Source of the DNA: Balanoglossus misakiensis
Taxonomy: Eukaryota; Animalia; Hemichordata
Assembly: GCA_040954595.2 (NCBI GenBank)
Contig: CM082594.2
Span: forward strand, 10,172,296-10,236,295
Length of the DNA: 64,000 bases
Direction: 5' to 3'
Under the pieces are notes generated by a model. It did not search any database and was not told where the DNA came from. It saw only the letters and a program-made list of their open reading frames with translations. The position numbers were made by a program, and so were the translations under genes. This document shows, in pieces, positions 41,676-63,012 of the stretch; position 1 is the stretch's first letter; each line of letters opens with the position of its first letter.

Positions 41676-44600
41676 ATGGCGAAAGAATCGCCAAAAGACG
41701 TCGAAATGAAAGAAGCCGACGCCACGGTCAACGGAGAACAGGGGAAGAAAGAAACGGATTTGATTACTCTTGAAGGTATGGCCTACTCTTCACATAGTGT
41801 GTCATTTTCTGAAAAAGTAGTGGGGAAAAGCCAACTTTAAAGGCTTACATAGCTTCTCACGGTAGATATCTTTCAAATCGAAACTTTGTTTCACTTAAAC
41901 ATCAGTAAATTAGTCAAAATTCATCCGATATTGTTATGCCGGTTGTTTGGTAAATACTGCTGATAATGTGCTGATTCATAGTGTCAATGTACAACCATTA
42001 GTTCAACAATTCTTTCAATTTTGATGACAGATCTCTTTAATATCGATCTTTGTAACGCGGTTTAGAAGTATTTATTTATATTTATCATCAGTTGTGTGTT
42101 TTATTAACTTGCGCTAATTTTTTTCTGTCTACTTCTTCAGATATCAGAGACCAAGTCAAGCATATAGAAAAAGCTGTTTCTACCAAAGAACCCAGATTTA
42201 TGCTTAGGGCATTGCGGGTGCTATTACCTATAAGACGCAGATTGAATGCAACAGTTATTAGAAAAGTTATCGGTGGCTATTTTTCAGCAACATACGCACC
42301 TAAAGATGTACTTCTAGGTTACATTGAAGAGGTGAGTATTAGACAGTATTCATAAATAAAGGTCTTTCGTTCCAGTAGCCACTGCTGTATTAAGTAACTT
42401 TGAATAATACCAACACTCTCTTCTAGTGTTCTAATTCTAACAATCTATTAATCATTTGTCAACAGCCGATGGAAACAGATGGTCCAGGTACACCTTTTCG
42501 ACCAAGAAGTGGAAAGGCATTAGCACAGCCCCCTCTACCTGAACTGGAAGTTTACGTCCATCTTTTAGTAGTGCTGTATCTGATAGACAATAAAAGACAT
42601 ACAGAGGTAAAGTTACGATGCTCTGATTTGCTTTTGATTGGTGTATTGTTCATTCTATATGACAGAATGGATCATGAAGTGTCTTGTGAAGGCCATTTCC
42701 TGTAAAATTCTGCCAAAAATAACAGTTGTTGTATTGGTCTTTCCTGACAGGCTGTTAAACTATCTGATTTGTTGATGGAGAAGATTCAAACACTGAACAG
42801 GCGGAGTCTGGATCAGCTGTCGGCCAAGGCATATTACTATCACTCTAGAGCGTACGAATTAGTTGGAAAATTAGACAAAATTAGAAGGTTAGTGGGATTC
42901 CCTGTTTATGTTTATAGAGGGCGCCCTTTATTATGTTTGAAGTCACAACATATCTACTGTATTTATACCTGCTGTACTTTAATTCCTGACCTTTTTGTGA
43001 TAACCTGTTAATTTCTTTTGTCATTGACAGTTTTCTTCATGCCAGACTGCGCACAGCAACTCTTCGACACAACGATGAAGGCACAGCAACACTTGTCAAC
43101 CTCCTACTTCGTAATTACCTCCATTACAATCTGTATGACCAAGCCGACAAACTCGTGGCCAAGTCCACATTTCCAGAATCAGCCTCAAATAATGAGTGGG
43201 CCAGATTTCTATACTACCTTGGTAAGTGTTTCTTGCAAGAAAGGTCAGAGTGTCCATTAATTAGACGAATATTGGCATTCTACCATGTTCATCCAGAATT
43301 GCATTAATGTAGCTTTCCTTGGAAATTTTCAGGCCGCATCAAAGCCATCCAGCTGGAGTATTCAGAAGCCCACAAGCATCTCCTTCAAGCCCTCCGTAAA
43401 GCTCCTCAGCACACAGCAGTAGGATTCAAACAAACAGTAAGTAGCTTCTGTACGTCGTGTTCAACTCGGTTTCGTTGAGGGGCAAACATTGCCACATTGC
43501 TCACTGTCGTTTTGCCTTTCCCCAATAGGTTAACAAACTAGCAGTCACAGTAGAACTATTATTGGGGGAGATTCCTGAAAGGAGTCTCTTCAGACAACCC
43601 ACGATGAGAAAGACTATCTATCCATACTTCCAATTGACACAAGGTAAGAGTTTGGGTACTGTTGTAAGTTTTTTGTAGCTCTCACTATTTTGTAGTCATG
43701 AGCTGATCATCATCATCTCATCATCATTGGTTTTCATTTTCAGCTGTTAGAGGTGGTAATCTAGCTAGATTCAATGAAGTCCTGGAGAACTTCGGCTCCA
43801 AGTTCCAAGCAGAGGACACATACACCCTAATTATACGTCTGAGACACAACGTCATCAAGACTGGAGTGAGGATGATCAATTTATCGTATTCCAAAATATC
43901 ATTAGCGGACGTAGCCCAGAAGTTGCAGCTAGACAGTCCTGAAGATGCAGAGTTCATTGTGGCTAAGGTATGCTTGATGCAGCCAGTAACTACATATAGT
44001 CTTCACTATGTTGAAGCATGACTATTTGAATTTTCAGTCTCTCACCCCTATATCGGTCTGTATGCATTCCCCTATAACACCAGTTTTATCAAGCCAACCT
44101 GGACCTATGCACATAACATACAAACTAATAGCATATTTTGTATTCGACCGCCAGGCAATTCGAGATGGGGTCATAGAAGCAACAATAGACCATGAGAAAG
44201 GCTACGTCCAATCCAAGGAGAATATCGACATTTATTCCACTCTGGAACCAATGAATGCATTTCATCAAAGGATAACATTCTGCCTGGATATCCATAACAA
44301 TTCAATCAAGGTACATAAATATTGAATATTGATGTTTTGTGCTTGTGTTTTATAACATGTTGAAATGAACACTCTTCTGGTAATAGGATCCATCAAAAGT
44401 TGTTTCATTCAAACCTGATTGATTGATTGATTGATTGATGTATTGATTAAGTTTCATCTTTTTATCCCATAGGCAATGAGATTCCCTCCCAAGTCATATA
44501 ACAAAGATTTAGAGTCAGCAGAGGTGAGTTGAGTAGCAATAGCTAATGGTCACCACATATTCTAGAGATGCTAGTACTACTGGTAGCTGACTGATAACCC

Positions 44601-44696
44601 TCTTTTCTCACTTTTTTGTAGGAACGCAGAGAACGAGAACAACAAGATCTGGAACTTGCCAAAGAAATGGCAGAAGATGACGATGAATTCCCTTGA
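41676..44696 (+). CDS. PSMD3: 26S proteasome non-ATPase regulatory subunit 3 (Rpn3)
   Basis: Exons from 41676 ([11 protein letters not shown]) through [46 protein letters not shown] and [17 protein letters not shown] to [17 protein letters not shown]|[24 protein letters not shown], with TGA at 44694-44696. Confidence 0.97.
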
Positions 44697-46779
44697 AGTA
44701 AAACATGAATATGCTGAAGATCGTCAGTTTTGAAAAAGAAAAAAAATATTATGCTGGAAATCACATTTTTCTACATACATACATACATACATACATCAGG
44801 TGCCCCAGTTGTGCTCAATATTTGTACCATTATTGCAGTTTATGTAGCAAGTGGTTAGCAGGGTTCTTTGTATATCAAAGTTACTATTTCTTTTTGAGCA
44901 TGCTGTGAAAATAGAACCAGATGACGCCCTTCTCCCGAATAACAAACCTCATTGAAAAGTTGTCATTTGCACAGAAAAAGAAAAAAAACCACGATCCTTC
45001 AGGAAGTTTTCAAAAGTATCTACTTTTTGATTGCGGAATTGAGAACTAACATTCACAGACTCAGGAAAGTCTAGTTACTTACAATGTGTTGACGTTGTGG
45101 CCAACTATGCATTTCTTTTTTGTGGAGATTCTGCCAATAGATTTTGAGTAAAGATAGATCTTATGTAAAATGAATACTCATTTCAATAGCCAGTCGGTCA
45201 TTTTCGCTCTGTAGAATTGAATTGTTATTTTCCCTGTTTTACAGGTAAATATAGATCGCTTTATGCAATATAAGGTACTAAAATTGTAAGGAGTAAAAAT
45301 TTTGAACAACTGAAATGACTTCTCTGATTCATTTTCAACAGCATGGGTTCACTTGAGTTACTAATTCTGCCGACTGGGCTGGGTGGACAAAGTTCTTTTC
45401 ATCTAGCGACTGACAGCTTTGTATGAAAACTTTATGCAATGTCCTGCTCAAAGCATTTTTGAATTCACTGAAAGGGGCATTATCTGTATGGCTTGACTCG
45501 TTCACTGAAATATCCCCTATGATGCGTTATATGAGATGGCATATACCTACTGTACATACACAAAATTGCCAGAAAGTAGTGGCTAGCTTAGTGTACAATA
45601 TTATGATATCACTAGTTTCTGTGTCTCTCAAGTGGTCAATCTCATTAGAATGGGTATACGTTCACACTTTTTCTAATGTGACGTTGTCACATAATCTATT
45701 TGTGTAATTTTTTTGTTGTTAACACTGATACTTGAGATATCTAATGAAAAAAAAAGACTTATTTTACAAATCCACTTCCACGTCTGTGTGTTTGTATCTC
45801 TGAATTTCTGGCAGCCTGTACTTGTGTAGCACTGTGCAAATGTTTTATGGAACACTAACATTGTGTCCTCCCTCTCGTAAAACTCTACGCCCTGAAAATA
45901 AATCGCAAATCATATTCACAATATCTTGTGTACTTTCACCACCAAATTACCATACTGCGCGTACGCGGATCCAGTAGACCTACCATCTGTTGTACACTGA
46001 ATTAATTCAGTGACACACGCACATGAGCAAAACACCTGCTAGTGCATGGGATAATAGTAGGCCTACCAACTAAGAGAACCGCATTTTCAGAAACCGGATA
46101 AAAATGTTCTGTTTGGCTATATGATTCAGTAAAATATGCAAGTAAAAATAAAATGTATATATAAAAGTGTAAATTTTATTTCATTTTAAAATGTTCAATG
46201 TGCTTTGAAACTGGATGAAGTACTAGTAACTTCAGGTGCCAGTTGGTTAGCGGAAAGTTTCACATTGCTTCATGCCACCAAAATCATCTGGACTTTTCGG
46301 GACTATGCATATTGCTTTCATGCCATGCGTTTTCCAGACAACATCTGATGACGAGATATTCTCGACCTGCACATGATGTGTACCCGTACCAGATGTGTTT
46401 AGCATATGTATAGCAGTGTCTGCGTGAGACATGCGGCGTGTGATGTGACACAAAGCTGTCTGCATTCCCCTCACCATTGGCTGCTTCTCTTGGATCCGAC
46501 CATGTTCGGTTGGGGAGCAACAATCATTGAGTAAATCATTTTGCGGGAAAACAATTCCACCTCCGATTCCTAAATTTTACAGCCCATTCCACGCTTTTTA
46601 ATTTCGAGGATTAAGTGGTTTTAACGGAGGTGGGTCTAAAATGAAACGTACACGCAAGTCGTTTTCCAGGCACTATGCTTGGGTTCCTATCCCCTCCCCT
46701 CACATGAGGCCCTTGGATGGTGTTCCCGTACCCAAGGCTAGGATGTCTGGCACCATCTGTCTTTGTCTAGTCCTCTGTC

Positions 46780-46965
46780 AGCGCCATATAAGGGCATGAA
46801 CAAATACCCACACCCCCTAAGGGGACTGGTGTACGTCATAATCTGGCGCTACCCACGACAAATAATGTTCACGTGGGGTCCAGTCGACCAATCATGGGGA
46901 CAGGATGACTGACCCCACGCACACATACTCTCGTCACAGCCTGTATTATGCCCCCACCCATTAAA
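46780..46965 (+). promoter_or_regulatory. Putative NAB proximal promoter with CArG box, CRE-like site, CCAAT and EGR-like sites
   Basis: CCATATAAGG at 46784-46793; TACGTCA at 46832-46838; CCAAT near 46888; CCCCACGC (reverse GCGTGGGG) at 46913-46920. A probable non-coding exon ends at the donor ccaag|gtgag (47197), with the acceptor at 47605. Confidence 0.55.
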
Positions 46966-47627
46966 ATATTTTGTCTCTGTCTCTGTCTGGGTCGGGGAAA
47001 CAAAGACACACGTCCAATTTTACTCCAATATCACCGAATTCTGCATCTATCCCCAAGTCGCACTTGGTCTGGGGTGGCGAGCAAGCTACAATTATTGACC
47101 AAGGACAAATTTCGGTGGTATTTGAAGCCGTATTGCGCCGACAGAACGAGACGAAATTTTCCAGGCGTCAGCCCAAGGGGTCTCTGTATACACCAAGGTG
47201 AGCCATAATTTTCGACGAATGGTGCCGATTTTTGACATCGTTCGACCGCTTTCCCGTTCAATAAAATATTTTTAAGTATAATATGTATACCGTTATGAAG
47301 ATATATTTTATTTTACATGTACGTGCGGAGAAATAATCGCGTCGTCGAGACAGCGCAAGGGGCGAGTGTCTCGTTGATGCGGTGGTGTGTGTCCGTCTGT
47401 CTGCTTTGCTAATTTGCATAATAAATATAAGGGTCAAAGGTGAATCTGATAGTTCCGAGTGCGGCTCTGGTGGAAATGCGTGTGTTGTATTATAATGAAG
47501 TTGAACATCTGGATTTCATTCAGTTTAGTGAAACCTGCAAAATATTGTTTATTATTCATCTTGTATGTTTAGTAACACTGTAATTTTGTTTTATTTTTGC
47601 TGCAGTTGTAAATATTGATTTGTTCAA

Positions 47628-50399
47628 ATGATGGCCTCAGGTGCTCCGCAGCATCAGCCGACCAATCCGAGTGAGTTGCAACTCTTCAGGGTTCTGGAAC
47701 GCGCCAATCTGTTGGGGTACTATGACGGCTTTATTCAGCAGGGTGGCGATGACGTCCAGCAACTCTGCGAAGCCGGCGAAGAGGAGTTCCTGGAAATCAT
47801 GGCGCTGGTTGGCATGGCGACGAAACCCCTGCATGTGCGCCGCTTGCAGAAGTCGCTGCAGGAATGGGTCAGTAATCCGTCGAGTTTTCAACAGCCGATG
47901 ACCTCGTCGTCGCAGGTCAGTGGCTCCCCTGGGGCTGCCGTGACCCCGTCACCGGGTGGCGGGATGGCCGCGTCGCTGACCAAATGGACGCACCCTGTTT
48001 CGGGGTTCCCATCCCCCGGGGCGTCGTCTAAGTGCAGCAGCGAGGGGAGCAGCGAACAGGTCACACTGGTCAGCAGGTATGTGCTTGACGACCACACCAT
48101 CCAGAACATCAAAGAAGCGGCTGAGTACGTTGTGCGGGGGACCGAACCACTCGTCGACGAGGTCGGCAAAAAGACACCGAAAGAAATCCAACAGATAATC
48201 GACATGCCACTGGACGATCCACGACGACTCACTGGAATCAGAAAGTACGCCGCTATCTATGCTCGGTTCGACTCAAAGAGGAAGACAGACAAGCAACTGA
48301 CACAGCATGAGGTAGGCATGACCTCTGACCCTCTTATTAGTCTGGTGCCAGTGACCTTTATACATCAGTGCTAAACTGTATCAGGCTGATAACTCACAGA
48401 CATCACCTGCTGTGTACCTAGGTTACATAATGAATGTATCTTGCCAGGTCCATTTGACTGGTAGAGTTGTCAGTCTGTGTCATAAAAACCAGACGACAAC
48501 TGTGGACTTATGGATTGCTCTTATGCCTTCTTGTATACACTACTGTGGTGGAATATTTGAGCAGAAAGTGATATTATCAACTTTTGTGTTTCCCTTGGTT
48601 AACAGGCATCAGTGAATGAAGCCGCAGCTCAGATCTGTGTGGTGGAGCCCATGTACCTCAACCACAGAGACAAACTATTTCCGCTGTCTCGTCAGGTCGT
48701 CCGTGAAAGTGGCTACAAGTTCAAACATGGCCACTCCAGGTATGTTCAGTAAGTGGATAATATTACCAGGGCAGTACCCTAAGTCATTTTTGGCAGTCCA
48801 CCTTTCACCACCATGGTTTGGTCCAAATCCATTGTTTTCTATGGTAAAGTTGGGCCTCTGTAGAGGAAACTGGGGGTGAATTTTGAGTTCAGTAATTACA
48901 AAATTGTTTATTTTGCAACCCTTTTTGACAGATATTATGAATATTCTGTGTCTTGCGTATAACAATTCCAAATTTAGTGTACTAAACAGAATGTTTGCAT
49001 CTCTCCTTCAGAGCTGGTATGTCGAGACTTTCCACCAGCGGTGAGGATGGTCCAGTGGCCAAGAAACCCAAGCCAGCAGCTCCTCATCCATACAGAGACA
49101 GTAATGTGGTACCAAACCCAAGGACTGTACAAGCAGAACTGATCAAGATCAAAAGACAGGTGACTGATTTCGATCCATATAGAGGGGAAAAGATGAAACA
49201 TAAATACACAAGAAAAATGGTTTTGCGGACGGATAAGGGAATTTTTTTATTAACCTTGTGCTGTTTGATTGTAGGAACGGATGAATGAAATTCAGGAGGC
49301 CTTGAGACTGATCAAGGATGAACAGAAGATCATCAAAGACAAGACCGAGCAGGCCAAGTTGAAGGAAAATTTACAGAGGGTGTATGACCTGCAGTTAGAG
49401 TTAGAGAAACTCACAACACAGCAGCTGGTGTTGATGACCGAACAGACAGACTTGATCAAGAGACAAAGGCGATCAGACAGGTTAGTTTATTATCCCATAG
49501 TATCCCCTTATTATTAGTTGGGAAAGATAGTATTACTCTACATGTAACTACTCTACTTTGCAGTTGAAACAGATTTAAGACTAGATTCCTCAGTGCCTAG
49601 TTGACCAACGTGTGCTTTTGGTGCATACCTGCAGGTACTATGTAGCCAAAGCCAGGCTATCAGCAGAGGTTGACAGTGGTTACTATGACAAAGAAGATGG
49701 CGACGTAAGCTCAGTTGAAAATGGCAACATTGATAACACAGGTACGTAATCTATTGTCTAGTTATTTGGCTGCTGGGTTAGAAAAGAAGAAATGGGATGT
49801 GATTTTTATGAGAAGGTGGAATCTTGTTTGTCGTAAATTCTAACACAAAATTATATTATTAATATTGTTTCAAATGTCTATGTTCTTAGTCTAACTTCTT
49901 TCATTTCAATCTCACTTCAGATTCAAATATTGGCCAAAACTCAGTTGCGTCAAGCAATATGTCGTCTTCCCCACAGGACTCAAATGAAAACAGCCAACAA
50001 GAAAGAGGAGGAGGGGATGTACCCTCGTACGCCCTGCCCCCCAAGAAAAACTTAGCCTCCACGCAGAAGATCCTCATGCAGCACACGTTGTTCGACGAAG
50101 GTCTGAGACTCGTGCAGCAGCATACTCTGGCGTACGATGACGAGTATCCAGAACTGCAGCAGCGACAGAGCCGCGGCAAGGCTGTAGCGAAGGTGAAAAG
50201 AGAGGAGGGGTGTAATAGTGACAATGGTAGCATGAGCAGCAATGACGAGGAGGATGAGGAGGAAGAAGAAGAAGAGGAGGAGAATGGGGAGGGCACCTCA
50301 GACGCAGACAAGGCAGCACAGAGTACAATCAACGCAATTCTAAAATTGCGATCGAAAACGGATCCTGTGATAAAAGAAGAACCAAGAGTGGAATCTTAA
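47628..50399 (+). CDS. NAB: NGFI-A-binding protein (NAB1/2 pro-orthologue, EGR co-regulator)
   Basis: NCD1: ELQLFRVLERANLLGYYDGFIQQGGDDVQQLCEAGEEEFLEIMALVGMATKPLHVRRLQKSL. NCD2: IRKYAAIYARFDSKRK...HE|ASVNEAAAQ. C-terminal LMQHTLFDEGLRL. Exons at approximately 47628-48311, 48606-48739, 49011-49159, 49275-49480, 49635-49741 and 49921-50399. Confidence 0.96.
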
Positions 50400-53300
50400 A
50401 TGTCAGATTTCAATATAAAAAGGAGCGAGTTGTGTTTCCTACGTTACTACCATTTTCTTTCCACATCCAGCGTCTAAGCCTGTCGCTGCGTGATTCAGCA
50501 GTGAAGTTCTGCAAAGTTTTCCTCGGTCAAAACGAGGGAAGCCATGTTTGGCATGTGCAATTATCAAAGCCACACAGGATGATAAACACTGGGTCAAAGA
50601 TAGATACCACATCATCACTGTACGGAACTTGGGAGTTGTAGCCAAGTTTTGTAGGTCTACTGCCAGTAAAATTGTGCCAGTTTGTTTTTTTGAGTTATAA
50701 CAAACCAAGATAATGACAATGATATGACAGCCTAGAGAACAAGGCCACACATTTGTCAGGTCTGTGTTGTGGACCATGTGTGAAATGTCATGATGATCAA
50801 AAATTTCATTTCTATTAAAATTATCAAGTCTGCTTGAGCCTTTTAAATTCCGTTCCTAGGAACATGGGCCATTATTCCGTTCAATGCTTTTTCCTATATT
50901 TTCCAAATAATTGCAAAAGTTTTTCTTTTCTGAATTTTGTCTTGTGTATATAGAGATACATTTTTGTACTATAATGATACTTTATGGCAAAATGCTCATG
51001 TCCATACCACTCATACTATCCATCTAGTCACAAAAATAATCTGTTAAACTCTGACATTGGGGTCACAGTTTTAAAATATGTCAAAAGTACAAAAAAAATA
51101 CTCTGTAAAATTTTGGATTAGTATACATTTACATATTTTTTCACTTAATCTCTGGCAGAAAAATTGAAATATTTAAATATGAGTATTATAATTATATGAC
51201 ATAGATCATTTGTTGAATTCTGTGTAAAGAATGAAGACTTATAATTACAGAAACCTAACAGTAGTTATTCTTTCACCACAGTTGACTGTAAAATTGATCA
51301 GAATTCCATCCGTACAGCTCTTAACGTGATGACATACTTACAAACCTATTGCTTAAAATCTCACCAAGTGTCCAAGGCAACATAGCTATTTTGAAATTTC
51401 AGAAGCCAAGCCCTGAATTTGAAACTCGCTCAAAGCTAGCAATCACATGAAAGTATTGAGAATATTTATTGAGACGAAAAACCACCAAGTGACTAGTGGG
51501 CTTGTCTAAAGTAATATATGTGTGATAAAAATAGTGGACATTATAATTTAGAGTACAGAATTCCACTGAAATGAATGTCCAATTATGAAACAGGGTCTTT
51601 ATTTATTTTTGTCACAGAAATTTCAGTTGTGTTGAGTGTCTGAGTGGAGGTTACGTTTAGTTGTAGCCCTCTGTGAAAGGCAAAAAATATTTTCGTTGCC
51701 TGATATCTGATGTAAATTATGCAAAGGAAGTTTGAAGGCAATAAACAAATGTGCGTCTACAATATTATTGATACACAATCTGGGAAAATGGGCTAATGAA
51801 GCTTTCACCCCATTTCCTTAATAGAGAGGTCCAGCATTGCTGTCGAGATCAACGGAGTTGGATCAAACCATAATGATGAAAGGGTTAAAATCATACACTC
51901 ATTCACCCCACCAATAGTTTTATTACACAAGTTTTATTCAATGTCAAAAAGAGCAAAAATCCAACTTAGTAAGTCATACTCGTATAGCAAAGCTGACAGG
52001 TTTCTTAGAAAAGACCTGTACAAAATAAAACTTGTCTCCATTGTGACAGCACTACATGCTTTACAATTACTGGCAATACATTCACTATAAATACCTTCAC
52101 ACAAATAAAACTTGTGTTCAAGAAATCTACATATTCTGCGGCCAAAATTAAACATACTCTGTGTTGCTATGGCGATGAATTTACAGACCATCACTGTAAA
52201 GTGGACCTGTTGAGTTGACACGCCTTTCAATAAAGCTCAGATCAGATTTCTAATTTAACCCTAACTCTAAATTCTAAGACACAAGTTTATAGAATCTTAT
52301 TTTGGAACCAAATCTAAAAACAATGAATACATATAATGCACATTTAGTTTTCTGAAACAGAAAAATACCGAAACCAAATATGCAATAAGTACCGATGAAT
52401 ATTAAACATTTTAACTGGCTTTTGTAAAGGAAAATAATGAACATGGCAGTATCTATATGGTAATTGGGTGGTTGCTATGGCAACATGCCTACTGCTCATG
52501 GCGTCTTGCTGAGTACTAAATGCCTGTTTTGGTTTTCCTTGCCTCTAAAACTGAAACATATAATTTTTTAACCAGACCCAGTTAACTTTTCTATTACTTT
52601 TAACACACGTTTAAAAAATTTAAGACATACAACTTACAAGACATGCAAAACATTTTTTCTTACTTTATTTATATACACACATATATAAAAGCAATTAAGT
52701 TCACAGTAAAGAAACAATAAAATAATATCTTTTTTATAGCAGTATAAGTGATTAAAATCACATTTTGTGACTTTTCATCTGTACCTATCAGCAAAACACT
52801 ACCATGAGTAATTTGTACTGGATGTACAGTTTGATGCTCAAAGTATTTTGATGTAGTTTAAACAATAACCTATTTCGGCCCAAAACTTAATATATTTTTA
52901 TTTTATACAAAATACTGGCAAAGACAAAACTTGATTATATATGTTTCTTACACATCTACTGATCTAATACACATATTACACAGCTAATAGAAATTCTCAG
53001 TTTCAGATACATATAAAGTCTCTCTCCATCTGTTTTACTTACAGTAATATAGTCATGAAAATTTCTAGTTGAAATTTGTCCCATGTCAACTATCTTCCAA
53101 GGTAAAAATGCCATTATAACTGTACACTAAGATTTTATCACTGATGCCAACAAATCGTAAAACAGACTCGCTTGTGGCACAACCATTCAAAAATTGAAGA
53201 ATAAGGCACGACCGTCTGAGAATGAGGCGGCTAATTATTCAGCTCACTGACACATGATTGACTCTCCTTAATTTTCTCCATGCAAACACACAGTCATTTC

Positions 53301-53582
53301 TTTAAGGTACAGCCAGAAATTTTAATACAATATTTGACTCGTACAGCCATACTATAGTGATTCTGTTATTAACAGTAAATGTATGCATCAAGGTGTGAGA
53401 TGGAATCCCACAGTATATCCAGATCAAAGTGTCAAACACTGACTTCAAATCTTCTCCCCCCATCCTCCGTTCATAAAATTGATTTAACTCGAGCTTTCAA
53501 CAAAAAAAATTACAAAATGTTACTTAGATAACTTGTCGTTCAAGTCTTCACATCCGGAAAGAACTGGCCCCCTCAGCTGCTT

Positions 53583-60881
<7,299 letters not shown>

Positions 60882-63012
60882 TTTGGCTTCTGTGGCAGAC
60901 AACTGACAGGAGAGAAATGAAATCTGAGTTATCCTCACAAACTGTAATTCTCAAACTGCCTTAATTGATTTGTCTAATTAAATCACACCTGACCACACTG
61001 TACTTTATCCCAGCTAGTACGAGCACATGGGGCCACTAACTGTTCCCCAAGACTGAAAATGAAACAACTTAGTGACCCCTGGTTAACACGATTATTGGTT
61101 TACACTGTTGATACCCATCATATTCCTGGAAGATTATGTGTGGGCGGATCGGAGAAAGATCGGCCACTGCCATGCCAAATTCACCTTTCAATTTCCGCGT
61201 ACATGTCTTCCGTCACGGCGTCGCGTCTGTACCGCGACGTCTCTCTGTCTATCTGGTTTTGCTTTTGGTATCGAAATGGATGATCATCGAAATGGATGAC
61301 CATATCGATGTGTACATTTCTGTTGATGGTGACCGTGTACATTGCAATATTTGCATACACAGTCGCTTGAAAATTGTGCGTTGTTTATACGGCGATCGCC
61401 TGTGAAAAATTGTGTGACATATGTGTTGTACGTATTTATTATGTGCCATTCTCCGAGTAAAGCCCTTCCTTGATTCAGGGTGTCGAGGCAGAACGAATAA
61501 CACGTATGACCTCGATTGCGAGTCTATCAACGTAAAACTCGGTCATCAGCTGTTCGAACCCCAGATTTGATCAAACACTGAATCAATCGTCAAAACAGAC
61601 TGCTGGGTTGCAACAGGTGTATTTGTGATCTAACATCGACTTCTCCGCAAATTACAGAATCGACGCAAAGTACACACGAAGGGAAATCTCAAGCACCGTT
61701 TGGCGGCACCCCACGCGAAGCCTGTGCATACATGCAGTGCCTACACCAACACAACCCACTTCCCGTAAACAACCATGAAACCACAAGGCCACCGTATGTG
61801 CTGTTTCCGCGAGTCCTGTTTTAAATGCGTAAAAAGTGAAAATACTCACCCGCTATAACACGTCAGATCACCTGTAGTTCTGTGGAAATCTCAATAATAT
61901 TGCAATTTCTCTGATCTTGGTTTGTGTCCTCACTGGCGCTCAATACCTCGATCAAATTCAGGAAAATGAGGGAGTGGGGAATACCCTTAAACCTTTAAAC
62001 CTCCACGCACTGCAAAACTTATTGCGATTGGACTTAAAATATCCAAATGAAGAACTTCCTGCTGCATTAACCAATCAAATAGCCGCTTGTAGCACATTTG
62101 GTTTTCAGTGGCCAGAGCCATATTTGGCGCACGGATCACTACCGTATATGGAATATGACGTAATTTTCGCAGAAATTTCGGCGTATTCTTTGGAAATAGT
62201 ATACATGTACCTAGAACTGTTGAGTATTTCGAATGAATTTTACATTGAATGCGTGTTTTGAAAAAAAGGTCTTTGTCGTACTTCCTGCAACGAAACTGGT
62301 CATTGTTACAGTATATCCAGTCTGCTCAAATATAAAAGTACATATATGAACAAAGCTAGCACATGAACCGTTGAACTCTTTGCGCTGTTAGTAAATTTTC
62401 TTCTTCTACTATTAAAATTATCATTTATTAAATTCTCATTAAAATAAATTATAGGATATTTTGTCAACAGGATGAACAACAACGCAATGCGTCTAAAATA
62501 GTCTGGTTCCCTGCCCTATTCCCACCGCTGGCTGCGCTACGCTAAATGCGCTCTTGGTTCGGGTTAAGGGTCACGGGGTCAGTGAAGGTCAACTGTGTTG
62601 TGAAGGTGCTTATGTGACACTGTGACGTTTCTCTTTTATTTTTGGTAAGTAACACCTTACGAGCTGCATCGTGAATACCTTTTATGTAACGTGACAGTAT
62701 TTTTGTGCGATAAATGTAAGACTTGGTTCCAAATTCGTGTGATACGCGAAGTTACGAACGTATCCAAACCTGATATCCACCTAATCTTTCGCTTTGTCTC
62801 ACTCATCGTGTGAGGATATAGAAGTGTAAGCATTAATATATCCAACTATTGCCAGTCAAAGATGGAAATATAATATTTTGTAATGAGTGACAAGAGACAG
62901 GCGTTGGGTTGAGAGAGAGAGAGAGAGCAACAGAAATATATAGTACATTGTATCTATATATCTATTGTTTCTTTTTATTATTCCTGTAGGAATACAAGAG
63001 TTGTGTGTCACT

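Noticed and set aside
61540-61565. GTTCGAACCC resembling a tRNA T-loop / B-box
   Set aside because: No cloverleaf or A-box can be built around it.
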